Source: Myxococcota bacterium (GTDB lineage Bacteria; Myxococcota_A; UBA796; CAJQPC01). Taken from it: 64,000 nt of DNA. Both the position numbers and the translations under genes were made by a program. Below are positions 55,140 to 63,927 of this stretch, one piece after another (position 1 is the stretch's first letter; the number at the start of each line of letters is the position of its first letter). Below the pieces are notes generated by a model. It searched no databases and was not told the DNA's origin. It was given only the letters and a program-made list of their open reading frames with translations. The stretch is from positions 96,001-160,000 of the forward strand of contig JAZAMN010000071.1 in the NCBI GenBank assembly GCA_036229005.1, read 5' to 3'.

Positions 55140-56144
55140 TCAGCGCCTGCGGCGCCAGAGCAACCCCAGCAGCAGGAACACCCCAAAACCCGCACCCGCC
55201 GGCGAGGAACTGCTGGCGCAGCCCAGACACCCACCGGGCTCGCTGTCGCTGCCGGTGTCGTCGGGGGAGGCCGTGTCCAGCAGCCCCGTCTCCGTGGCGG
55301 TGTCCGTGTCGGAGTCGGAGTCCGTGTCGGAGTCCGTGTCCGTGTCGGCGTCGCTGTCCGCGTCCGAGTCGGACTCCTCGTCGGGGATGTCGATGTGCTC
55401 GCGCAGGAAGCTCAGGGTGGTCTCGATGCGCACGGCGCCGGCTGCGGGCTTGCCCGAGTCGCAGTCCGGCGGGTAGGTCCCGTCCAGGTCGAACACAAAG
55501 GAGTTGACGCCCACCAGCTCCCAGGTGCCGTCGTCGCGTTTCCACATGGCCGCGCCGCCCGAGTCCCCCGAGCAGACGTTCTGGGACGCGCCGCCTGCGT
55601 AGGTGTACAGGAAGTCCCCGTCGAAGTGGTACAGGGGGATCTTGACCTTCCGGCGCACGCCGCTGCTGCCCGAGAGGTCCGAGTCCGTGAGCCCGTAGCC
55701 CACGTAGGTGATGTCCTCGCCCACCTGGCTGGACTTGGGCGCGTTGGTGCTCACGGGCAGGGTGCCGAAGCCCGTGATGGCCGTGTCCAGGTAGAGCACC
55801 GCGATGTCGTCGGTGGGGGTGCTGGTGCTGGAGTAGTCCGGGTGCACCACCGTCTTCTTGATGGTGGACGAGGCGTCCCAGGTGCCGCTCACGTCGTCGG
55901 CCACCACAAAGTGGATGGTGTAGCCGGCGCCTTCGTAGGCATCGATGCCCTGCAGCACGCAGTGCGCGGCCGTGACCACGCGCTGGTTGTCCACCAGGCT
56001 GCCGGAGCAGAAGGCGGCCCCCGCGCTGCCCTTGGTCGCGACAAGCGCACCCACCTGCCGGTAGGGCCACCCAGTGGCCTCGCTGCCACCCACGATGGGC
56101 GGAGGGGTCTGGGCTGCCGCGATGCCGGAGAGGAGGGCCAACAT
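55140..56144 (-). CDS. S1 serine protease, DxDx linker, MYXO-CTERM-like tail
   Basis: QTPPPIVGG, TAAHC, DIAV, CSGDSGG, GC..TM..RRRR. Confidence 0.9.
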   Translation of the reverse strand: MLALLSGIAAAQTPPPIVGGSEATGWPYRQVGALVATKGSAGAAFCSGSLVDNQRVVTAAHCVLQGIDAYEGAGYTIHFVVADDVSGTWDASSTIKKTVVHPDYSSTSTPTDDIAVLYLDTAITGFGTLPVSTNAPKSSQVGEDITYVGYGLTDSDLSGSSGVRRKVKIPLYHFDGDFLYTYAGGASQNVCSGDSGGAAMWKRDDGTWELVGVNSFVFDLDGTYPPDCDSGKPAAGAVRIETTLSFLREHIDIPDEESDSDADSDADTDTDSDTDSDSDTDTATETGLLDTASPDDTGSDSEPGGCLGCASSSSPAGAGFGVFLLLGLLWRRRR

Positions 56145-56152
56145 GTGCGCGC

Positions 56153-57187
56153 CTACTCCCGCCGCCTGCCCACACCCACCAGACCCACGAGGGCCAGCAG
56201 GCTCAGGAGCACGCCAGGGGTGGTGGGCACGCTGCTGCAGGAGCCCAGGACCAGGCCGCCATCTTCCGAGGAGAAGGCCGGGCGGGGCGGGCCCGCGGTG
56301 TCCCCGGTGTCGCCGCCAGTGATGTCGGTGTCGGCGTCGGAGTCGGTGTCGGAGTCAGCGTCGGTGTCGGAGTCGCTGTCCGCGTCGGAGTCGGTGTCCG
56401 AGTCGGAGTCGGCGTCCGTGTCGGCGTCCAGGTCGCCAGCGGGGATGTACGTGTTGATGAAGTCCATCTGGCTGTCCACGCGGGAAGAGCCAGCGGCCGC
56501 CCCGCGGCGGTCACAATCGGCCTCTCCGCCGTAGAGGTTGAAGCCAAAGGAGTTGGCGCCCACCAGCTTCTGCACGCCGCCCAGGGTCATCAGGGCCGCG
56601 CCGCCGGAGTCGCCCGAGCAGATGTTCTGGATGGTGCCCGAGTCGCCGCTGTAGGTGTAGATCACCGTGGAGTCGTAGCTGTAGTAGGGCACGTCGACGG
56701 TGCGCTTGACGCCGCCGTCGTTGCGGTCGTCCGAGGTGATCCCGAAGCCCACGTAGGTCACGTCCTTGCCGGACCAGCTACTCTTGGGCGAGGTCGTGTT
56801 CACCGGCATGGGGGTGATGCTGGTGATGCTGGTGCGCAGCTCCATCACCCCCAGGTCGTGCTGCAGCGTGTTGGTGTTGTAGCTGGGGTGCTCGATGGCC
56901 CGCTTGACCTCGGCGTAGTCCAGCCAGGTGCTCTGGGTGTACACGTCCGACGCGAACACAAAGTAGACGTCGTAGCCGTAGTCCCAGTACTCATCGACCG
57001 CCTCGATGCAGTGCGCGGCGGTGATGACCCAGCGCTGGGTGACCAGGGTGCCGGAGCAGAAGCTGCCCCCGCTCCCGTTGGACGCGATGGCCACGATGGA
57101 CCCCACGGCCGGGAACTTGGAGGTGGTGCTCCCGTTGACGATGGGGGGCGGCGTCTGCGCCAGGGCCAGGGTGCTGAGCAAGAGCAT
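56153..57187 (-). CDS. S1 serine protease, DxDx linker, MYXO-CTERM-like tail
   Basis: QTPPPIVNG, TAAHC, DLGV, CSGDSGG, SCS..TM..RRR; start ATG 57187. Confidence 0.9.
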   Translation of the reverse strand: MLLLSTLALAQTPPPIVNGSTTSKFPAVGSIVAIASNGSGGSFCSGTLVTQRWVITAAHCIEAVDEYWDYGYDVYFVFASDVYTQSTWLDYAEVKRAIEHPSYNTNTLQHDLGVMELRTSITSITPMPVNTTSPKSSWSGKDVTYVGFGITSDDRNDGGVKRTVDVPYYSYDSTVIYTYSGDSGTIQNICSGDSGGAALMTLGGVQKLVGANSFGFNLYGGEADCDRRGAAAGSSRVDSQMDFINTYIPAGDLDADTDADSDSDTDSDADSDSDTDADSDTDSDADTDITGGDTGDTAGPPRPAFSSEDGGLVLGSCSSVPTTPGVLLSLLALVGLVGVGRRRE

Positions 57188-57250
57188 GCGGGGGGTCTCC
57201 AAAGCCTTCCAAGTTTAGGCCGACCCGAGCCGGACGGCCACCACCGGCGA

Positions 57251-58273
57251 CTAACCCTGCCCCTTTCGGCGCACGAACATCAGCCCGGCCGCCAGCAGCA
57301 GGCCCATCCACCCCATCGGCGCGCCGCCGGTGCTGCTGCAGCCCCCGGACGCGTTCAGCTCGTTGGCCCCAAAGGAAGACGTGGAGCGGTCATCCGGCGC
57401 TCCAGTGTCGCCGCCGCCGATGTCCGTGTTGGTGTCGGTGTCCGCGTCGCTGTCGGTGTCCGCGTCGCTGTCGGTGTCCGAGTCGGCGTCCGTGTCGGTG
57501 TCCGAGTCGCCTTCGCTCAAGTCCACGTACTCGGCGATCCAGTCCACGTGGGTGTCCACGCGGGTGGCGGCGCCGTAGCCCATGCAGGCATCCGAGCTGG
57601 CCCCGTCGCCGTAGACAAAGGAGTTCACGCCGGCCAGCACCAGCTCACCGTCCACCTCGACCAGCGCGGCGCCGCCGGAGTCCCCCGAGCACACGTTCTT
57701 CGGGTCGGAGGTGTCGCCGTGGTAGGTGTACAGGAAGCGGTTGTCGATGCTGTAGAGGGGCACATCCACCGTGCGCCGCACCCCGCTGTCGCTGGCGCCC
57801 GAGCCGCCGTAGCCGCTGGTCACGCCGTAGCCCACGTAGGTCACGTCCTTGCTGCCCACCCAGGAGCCCCGGGGCGTGGTCTCGTTGATCGGGTAGGTGC
57901 CCGCCGACGCCAGCGAGCCCTGGAGCTGCATCAGGCCGATGTCGTGGTCCAGGGTGCGGTCGTCGTAGTCCGGGTGCGGGATCAACCGGCTGGCCTGGGT
58001 GTAGTCGTCCAGGGAGTACCAGTCGTCCCCGATCACAAAGTAGGTGCTCAGGCCGTAGTAGTCCTCGTACTGCTCCGCGGCGACCAGGCAGTGGGCCGCG
58101 GTCAGCACCCAGGTGTCCGTGATCAGCGTGCCCGAGCAGAAGTCGAAGGTCGTGTTCCCGCCGTCGCTGACGGCCAGCATCCCCACGGCCGTGTAGTCCG
58201 AGGTCTCCTCACCACCAACGATCGGCGGCGGGGTCTGCGCAGGGGACAGGGACGTGAGCAGGGACAGCAGCAT
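57251..58273 (-). CDS. S1 serine protease, DxDx linker, MYXO-CTERM-like tail
   Basis: QTPPPIVGG, TAAHC, DIGL, CSGDSGG, GGCSS..TM..RRK; GGAGG before ATG 58273. Confidence 0.9.
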   Translation of the reverse strand: MLLSLLTSLSPAQTPPPIVGGEETSDYTAVGMLAVSDGGNTTFDFCSGTLITDTWVLTAAHCLVAAEQYEDYYGLSTYFVIGDDWYSLDDYTQASRLIPHPDYDDRTLDHDIGLMQLQGSLASAGTYPINETTPRGSWVGSKDVTYVGYGVTSGYGGSGASDSGVRRTVDVPLYSIDNRFLYTYHGDTSDPKNVCSGDSGGAALVEVDGELVLAGVNSFVYGDGASSDACMGYGAATRVDTHVDWIAEYVDLSEGDSDTDTDADSDTDSDADTDSDADTDTNTDIGGGDTGAPDDRSTSSFGANELNASGGCSSTGGAPMGWMGLLLAAGLMFVRRKGQG

Positions 58274-58378
58274 GTGGGGACCTCCGGGGACACACACCGT
58301 AGACCCCAGCGCCCGCCCCCGCGTGCAAAGGCCACGTCAGTTCAGCCCCCCGCAACGGGCCGCAGCCCATTGTCGGCC

Positions 58379-59242
58379 TCAACCCAGGAAGCTGCCCGCA
58401 AGCACCCCGCCGATGAAGATCAGCGAGATGGTCGAGTTGAGCTGGAAGAAGGCCTGGTCCATGCGCGAGAGGTCGTCCGGACGCACCAGCAGGTGCTCCC
58501 ACACCAGGATGGCGCCGATGATCCCCGCCGCGATCCAGTAGGGCCAGCCCAGCCCCGCCACGAAGGGCAGCACCGCCAGCAGCGCAGCGGTCCCCACGTG
58601 CAGCAGCGCGGACACGATCATGGCGCCCTTGAGGCCCAGAGCGGCCGGGATGGAGTTCAGCCCCTTCTCCCGGTCGAAGTCCGCGTCCTGGCAGGCATAC
58701 AGAATGTCGAAGCCGCCCACCCAGGTCAGCACGATGCCCGAGAGCACCAGCGCCGTCGCGCTCACGGTGTCGGTGATGGCGATCCAGGCGGACACCGGCG
58801 CCAGGCCCAGAGCCAGCCCCAGGAAGAGGTGGCAGAGCGCCGTGAAGCGCTTGGTCAGCGAGTAGCCCATGACCACCGCCAGCACGAAGGGCGAGAGGAT
58901 CAGGCACAGCGTCGACAGCCCCCAGCTCGCCAGCACGAAGATCGCCGCCGAGCCCAGCGTGAAGCCCCAGGCCTGCCCCAGGGGGATCTTGCCGCTGGGG
59001 ATCTCCCGGCTGGCCGTGCGGGGGTTGGCCCCGTCGATGTCCCGGTCCGCGATGCGGTTGAAGCCCATCGCCGCGCTGCGGGCCGTCACCATGCACACCA
59101 GGATCAGCCCCAGGTCCACCCACGAGAAGGGCACGGACTGCCAGGCCATCGCCGCCGCCGCCAGGGCAAAGGGCAGCGCGAACAAGGTGTGGGAGAGCTT
59201 GATCATCCGCGAGTAGTCGACGGCGCTCTGGACCAGGCTCAT
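58379..59242 (-). CDS. mqnP: UbiA-family prenyltransferase of the futalosine pathway (MqnP-like)
   Basis: IKLSHTLFALPF, ARSAAMGFNRIADRDID..NPRT..REIPSG, YSLTKRFT, GFDILYACQD. Confidence 0.85.
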   Translation of the reverse strand: MSLVQSAVDYSRMIKLSHTLFALPFALAAAAMAWQSVPFSWVDLGLILVCMVTARSAAMGFNRIADRDIDGANPRTASREIPSGKIPLGQAWGFTLGSAAIFVLASWGLSTLCLILSPFVLAVVMGYSLTKRFTALCHLFLGLALGLAPVSAWIAITDTVSATALVLSGIVLTWVGGFDILYACQDADFDREKGLNSIPAALGLKGAMIVSALLHVGTAALLAVLPFVAGLGWPYWIAAGIIGAILVWEHLLVRPDDLSRMDQAFFQLNSTISLIFIGGVLAGSFLG

Positions 59243-60375
59243 GGGGTCTCCTTGGGGGTCTCCACCCAGCGCCGCTCCCCGTGGGGATCCAGCCAGGCGT
59301 GGGGTCCGCTGCCCATCAGCAGCAGCACAGGGTGGGCGCTCCCGACCTCCAGGCGGGCGGGGGTGCCCAGGACCTCACCGGATCCTTGGGTGGCCGCCAG
59401 AAGCCAGGTCTCGAGCGGGACTTGGGGGAAGCGCTCCCAGAGCAGGCGCACCTCGTCGAGCACGTCCAGCGAGGGTGCGGAGGCCAGCGAGTCGGTCCCG
59501 AGAGCCAGGCGGACGCCAGCGGCCAGCATGTCCTCGACGGCGGGCAGGCGCCCCGAGATGTGCAGGTTGGAGCGCGGGCACAGGACGGTGGGCGACCCAG
59601 CTTGTGCCAGTCGGCGCAGGTCCTCCCCCTCCGTCAGTGTGCAGTGCACGGGGGCCACGCGGTCCAGGATGCCCAGGCGCTCCAGGTACTGCACGGGGGT
59701 GCACTCCGGCGGCACGAACTGGCTGCGGTCGCGGCCCAGGTGGTCGAGCACGTCGGCCCAGGGGCCGTCTCCGGTCATCAGGAACTGGCGCTCGGCGGGG
59801 TCTTCGTCCAGGTGCATGGTGGGCCAGCCGCCTCCGCAGAGGGCGGGGCTCTTCACGGCGGCGACCAGCAGCTCGGGGGCGCAGGAGTAGGGCGCGTGGG
59901 GGATCGCGCGCAGGGTGAAGCCGGAGGGAGAGGGGCCGTGGACCGCTGCGAGGCTCTCGTCCACACCGCCCGGGTGGATGCCCAGGACCTCATGGAAGAC
60001 CACCCCTTGCATCGGCGAGGTGCTCAGTGGGCCGTCGGAGATCCGGGAGTTGGTGACCTCGCCGACGGACGCGGTGCCTCGCTGGTGGAGGGTGGTGAGG
60101 GCGGCCTCGATGGCCGCCACGGTCTGAGCGGTGGACCGGGATGCGCGCTGGGCCAAGGTCCCCCCAACCCAAGCGGGGAGCCCCTGACCGCCGGGCTGCT
60201 CCAGACCGGAGAGCTCCAGGTGCGTGTGGGCGTTGCAGAGCCCGGGAATGGCGAGGGCCTGGATGCAGGGGCCGGGGCCGGCCGGCTCGACGTGGGAGAG
60301 GGCGCCGCTGGCGTCAAAGCGCAGCTCGACCCGCTCGCGCAGGCCTTCAGGGAGAAGGGCCCAGGCGACGCGCAC
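59239..60375 (-). CDS. Amidohydrolase, probable aminofutalosine deaminase-like
   Basis: NAHTHLELS, PHAPYS, HLDE, VHC, CPRSN, GTDS; lies within the mqn operon (specific function inferred from context). Confidence 0.75.
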   Translation of the reverse strand: MRVAWALLPEGLRERVELRFDASGALSHVEPAGPGPCIQALAIPGLCNAHTHLELSGLEQPGGQGLPAWVGGTLAQRASRSTAQTVAAIEAALTTLHQRGTASVGEVTNSRISDGPLSTSPMQGVVFHEVLGIHPGGVDESLAAVHGPSPSGFTLRAIPHAPYSCAPELLVAAVKSPALCGGGWPTMHLDEDPAERQFLMTGDGPWADVLDHLGRDRSQFVPPECTPVQYLERLGILDRVAPVHCTLTEGEDLRRLAQAGSPTVLCPRSNLHISGRLPAVEDMLAAGVRLALGTDSLASAPSLDVLDEVRLLWERFPQVPLETWLLAATQGSGEVLGTPARLEVGSAHPVLLLMGSGPHAWLDPHGERRWVETPKETP

Positions 60376-62190
60376 TCAGGCTCCGGCTCGGGAGTCGGCT
60401 CGCGAATCCGCGCGCTTGCGGTCTGCGCTCCAGGCGGGCTTGGTGAGGGCTCCGCCCACCCGGTGGAAGTGCAGGTCGCGGCGCACGGGCTCGCGGCCGG
60501 CCTCGCGGAGATGCAGCTCGGTCAGCGCCAGGGTGGGGTCCCAGTCGCCGGTCTCGCGGTCGAAGAGCACGTGGCCGAAGTCGTCCAGGCCGGAGTGCAG
60601 CAGGACCTGGGCGGCGCTGGGGCCGTGGACCTGCAGGTCGGCGACCAGGTGGCCGGCGGGGAGCACCAGGCGGGCCAGAGCGGCCATGCGCTGCTGGTCG
60701 GCGGCGGTGTTGTCCTGCCAGCCCACGTCCGCGATGGGGAAGGTGGTGATCTGCACGGCGGGCGCGCCCAAGCTGCGGAGGGCCATCAGGCCGGCGATGC
60801 GCTGGGTCTCGGACTCGGAGACGCCGAACTGCAGGCGCAGGGTGGGCAGCAGGTCCAGGTCGATGGCGGCGCGGAGGACGGCCATCTCCTGCGCGGCGCC
60901 CAAGGGGGCGTCCAGGCGGCGGCGCACGGTGTCGTCCAGCAGCCAGCCGGTGCCGGGGCGGAGGGCGCTGAGGCCGGCCTGCTGCAGGGACGCGAGCAGG
61001 TTGTGGGGTAGCCCGGGGGAGAGCCTCTCGACCTGCGCGGGGTCCAGGGCGCTCAGGGCGATCTGGCTGTTTTCACTCAGGTATTCCAGCAGGGTCAGCC
61101 ACTCGGCGGCGGCGCGCTCGCCGGTGAGGACCGCGGCGGCGGCGCCCTTCTCCTGGAGCTCCAGGACCTGGGCCAAAACGTGGCCGGGCTCGGCGGTGGC
61201 GTCGACCTGACCGACCATGCAGTAGGGGGTCTCGGCCTGGGGGTGCAAAGCGGTGGCGCGCAGGCTGGCGGCCAGGGCCAGGTCGGTGAGCGGGGCCTGC
61301 TCGTGCAGTCGCTGGGCCTGCTCGGCGTTGGGCAGGTGGCCCTGGGCGCAGTCGGCCAGCAGGGTGTCCAGGTCGGGGCGCGGGCGCATCGCGCTGGGGG
61401 GCCCGTAGAGCTCGAAGTCCACGCTGCGGCCCTTGGGGGTCTCGCGCCCCAGGATCCCGGCCTCGCGGCCCAGAGCGGCGAAGCGGCGCAGGCCCATCAG
61501 CGCCCGGTCGTCCAGGGTGTAGCGGATGGACTTGGTGACGTAGCTGCGGTCGGGCTCGGGGAGGCTGTCACGCAGCGCCATGCCCTCGCTGGCGGCCAGA
61601 CGCAGGCCCTGGACGGCCTCGTGGGGCAGGTCCGGGCGGCCGGCCCAGACGGCGAACACGAAGGGGAGCTGGGTCCACTCCCACCACAGCTCGCCCAGGT
61701 CCAGGCGGGTGGTCAGGCGATCGGGGAGGCTGCGGGCGGCGTCCCCGATGACCAGGCCGGCGACGGTGCCCTTGGCGCGGGAGACGGAGGTGCCCGGCTC
61801 ACAGTCGTAGACCTGCAGATCGGGGCTCACCCTCTGGGCCAGGGGACCCTTGGACAGCATGAGACGGGACAGCGCCACCGAGGTCCGGCTGACCCCGTCC
61901 AGCGCCACGGCCGTCCACTCCTCGGGCGGGGTCTCGGCCACCAGGAGCACGCTGTGGACGGGGCCCTCGGCGCCGATGCACCAGCCCGGGACCACCTTGT
62001 AGTCGCCGTCGGAGAGCATCGCGGCCACAGGGATCAGGCCCACGTCGGCTTCGCCCTCGCGCAGCATGCGGGCGGCCTCGGAGGGGTGGCGCTCGGAGAC
62101 CTGGTAGCGGATGCGGTCCAGGCGGGTGAGCAGCGGCCAGGTGTTGGTGTAGCCGACAGCGGCGACCCGAATGGGGGTGGGCTCGGACAT
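60376..62190 (-). CDS. mqnA: MqnA-like chorismate dehydratase fused to a degenerate MqnC/MqnE-like domain
   Basis: VGYTNTWPL, GPVHSVLL, SRTSVAL, LVIGDAA, DLGELW..WT.LPFVFAVW; C-terminal half follows CofH/MqnC motifs without CxxxCxxC. Confidence 0.8.
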   Translation of the reverse strand: MSEPTPIRVAAVGYTNTWPLLTRLDRIRYQVSERHPSEAARMLREGEADVGLIPVAAMLSDGDYKVVPGWCIGAEGPVHSVLLVAETPPEEWTAVALDGVSRTSVALSRLMLSKGPLAQRVSPDLQVYDCEPGTSVSRAKGTVAGLVIGDAARSLPDRLTTRLDLGELWWEWTQLPFVFAVWAGRPDLPHEAVQGLRLAASEGMALRDSLPEPDRSYVTKSIRYTLDDRALMGLRRFAALGREAGILGRETPKGRSVDFELYGPPSAMRPRPDLDTLLADCAQGHLPNAEQAQRLHEQAPLTDLALAASLRATALHPQAETPYCMVGQVDATAEPGHVLAQVLELQEKGAAAAVLTGERAAAEWLTLLEYLSENSQIALSALDPAQVERLSPGLPHNLLASLQQAGLSALRPGTGWLLDDTVRRRLDAPLGAAQEMAVLRAAIDLDLLPTLRLQFGVSESETQRIAGLMALRSLGAPAVQITTFPIADVGWQDNTAADQQRMAALARLVLPAGHLVADLQVHGPSAAQVLLHSGLDDFGHVLFDRETGDWDPTLALTELHLREAGREPVRRDLHFHRVGGALTKPAWSADRKRADSRADSRAGA

Positions 62191-62191
62191 C

Positions 62192-63367
62192 TCAGGCCTC
62201 GGCGGCGATCAGGTAGTGGGTGTCCCGCTCGACCGGGATGCGGCCGGCCTTGCGGATCATCTGGACCAGCTCGGTGCGGGTGAGCTGCTGGGGCGTGCGG
62301 GCGCCGGCCATGTGGTAGATGCGCTCTTCGCGCACGGTGCCGTCGATGTCCGAGGCGCCGTAGCTCAGCGAGAGCTGCGCCAGGGCCATGCCCAGCATCA
62401 CCCAGTAGCTCTTGACGTGGGGGAAGTTGTCCAGCATCAACCTGGACACTGCGATGGTGCGCAGCGTGTCGGCCGCCGTGGGCTCGGTGATGCGCTCCAG
62501 GCGGTTGTTCTCGTTGTGGAAGCGCAGCGGGATGAAGGTCTGGAAGGCCCCCGCGCTGGGGTCCAGGGCCTGCCGGGCCAGGCTGCGGTCCTGCAGCTCG
62601 CGGAGCTGGATCATGTGGTCCACCCGCTCCTCGAGCTTCTCGATGGACCCAAAGAGCATGGTGGCGTTGGTCCGGAAGCCCAGGCGGTGAGCGGTATCGT
62701 GGACCTGGAGCCAGCCCTCCGTCGTGACCTTGTCCGGGCAGAGCTTGCGGCGGGCCCGGTCGGCGAAGATCTCGGCGCCGCCCCCGGGCAGGGAGTCCAG
62801 CCCGGCCTCGCGGAAGGCCAGCAGGACCTGCTCGTAGCTCATGCCGTACTTCTCGGCGTAGTAGTGGACCTCCACCGCCGTGAAGCCCTTGATGTGCAGG
62901 TCCGGGCGCTCGGCCTTGATGGCCCGCAGCAGGTCCGTGTAGTAGCTGAACGGCAGCCCGGGGTGCAGGCCGTTGACGATGTGCACCTCGGTGATGAAGG
63001 CATCGCGCAGGGCCTCGATGCGGCCCACGGCCTCCCGCAGCGTCATGGTGTACGCCAGGGGATTCCCCTCTTCCAACCTGGCAAAGCTGCAGAAGATGCA
63101 ACTCGCCTCGCACACGTTCGTCGCGTTGATGTGCACGTTGCGGTTGAAGTAGGCCAGGTCGCCGTGCCAGCGCTCGCGCACCAGGTTGGCCAGGGCGCCG
63201 ACGCTGGCCACATCCGGCTCCTCGATCAGGCGCACGCCCTCGTCCAGGGACAGGCGCTCCCCGGCGAGCACCTTGTCGGTGATGTCGCCCAGCCCGGCGC
63301 GCTGCAGGGCGGCCTTGGCCAGGGGGCTCAGGGAGGGGTGGTGCTTGGGTGCGGTGGCGGCGGTCAT
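62192..63367 (-). CDS. mqnE: Aminofutalosine synthase (radical SAM)
   Basis: HINATNVCEASCIFCSF, TEVHIVNGLHP, KGFTAVE, LPGGGAEIF, FIPLRFH, HVKSYWVM, DGTVREERIYHMAGA. Confidence 0.9.
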   Translation of the reverse strand: MTAATAPKHHPSLSPLAKAALQRAGLGDITDKVLAGERLSLDEGVRLIEEPDVASVGALANLVRERWHGDLAYFNRNVHINATNVCEASCIFCSFARLEEGNPLAYTMTLREAVGRIEALRDAFITEVHIVNGLHPGLPFSYYTDLLRAIKAERPDLHIKGFTAVEVHYYAEKYGMSYEQVLLAFREAGLDSLPGGGAEIFADRARRKLCPDKVTTEGWLQVHDTAHRLGFRTNATMLFGSIEKLEERVDHMIQLRELQDRSLARQALDPSAGAFQTFIPLRFHNENNRLERITEPTAADTLRTIAVSRLMLDNFPHVKSYWVMLGMALAQLSLSYGASDIDGTVREERIYHMAGARTPQQLTRTELVQMIRKAGRIPVERDTHYLIAAEA

Positions 63368-63927
63368 TTCATCCCTTCCCAGCGGTGGCGGACGCTGTTG
63401 GCAATGCCGAGCTGGTCCAGCACGCGCCCCACGACCGAGTCGATGAGGTCCTGCATGCTCTCCGGACCGGAGTAGAAGTTGGGGCTGGCGGGCATCACCT
63501 TGGCCCCGGCCAGCAGGAGCTGTTCCATGTTGCGCACGTGGATCAGGCTGTAGGGGCTCTCGCGGAGGCAGAGCACCAGGGTGCGGCGCTCCTTGAGCAT
63601 CACGTCCGCGGCGCGGCCGATCAGATCGGTGCTCATGCCGTGGGCGATGCGGGCCATGGTCCCGGCGCTGGCGGGCACGATGGCCATGGCGTCAAAGTCG
63701 CTGGACCCGCTGGCGAAAGGCGCGGTCATGTCCAGGGCGCCCCAGATGGGCAGGCCGTAGTCCTTGGGGTCGCTGCCGATCTCGTGGGACCACACCAGGC
63801 GGCCGGTCTTGGAGAAGACCACGTGGGCCTCGATCCCGGCGTCCTTTGCGGGGCCCGAGAGGAACTCGAGCATGCCCTTGGCGTAGGGCGCGCCGGAGGC
63901 TCCGCTGATGCCGAGGACGACCTTCAC
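63364..63927 (-). CDS. ubiX: UbiX-family flavin prenyltransferase
   Basis: LGISGASGAPY, APFASGS, RAADVMLKERR, RESP, PASP.FY, RW. Confidence 0.95.
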   Translation of the reverse strand: MKVVLGISGASGAPYAKGMLEFLSGPAKDAGIEAHVVFSKTGRLVWSHEIGSDPKDYGLPIWGALDMTAPFASGSSDFDAMAIVPASAGTMARIAHGMSTDLIGRAADVMLKERRTLVLCLRESPYSLIHVRNMEQLLLAGAKVMPASPNFYSGPESMQDLIDSVVGRVLDQLGIANSVRHRWEGMK

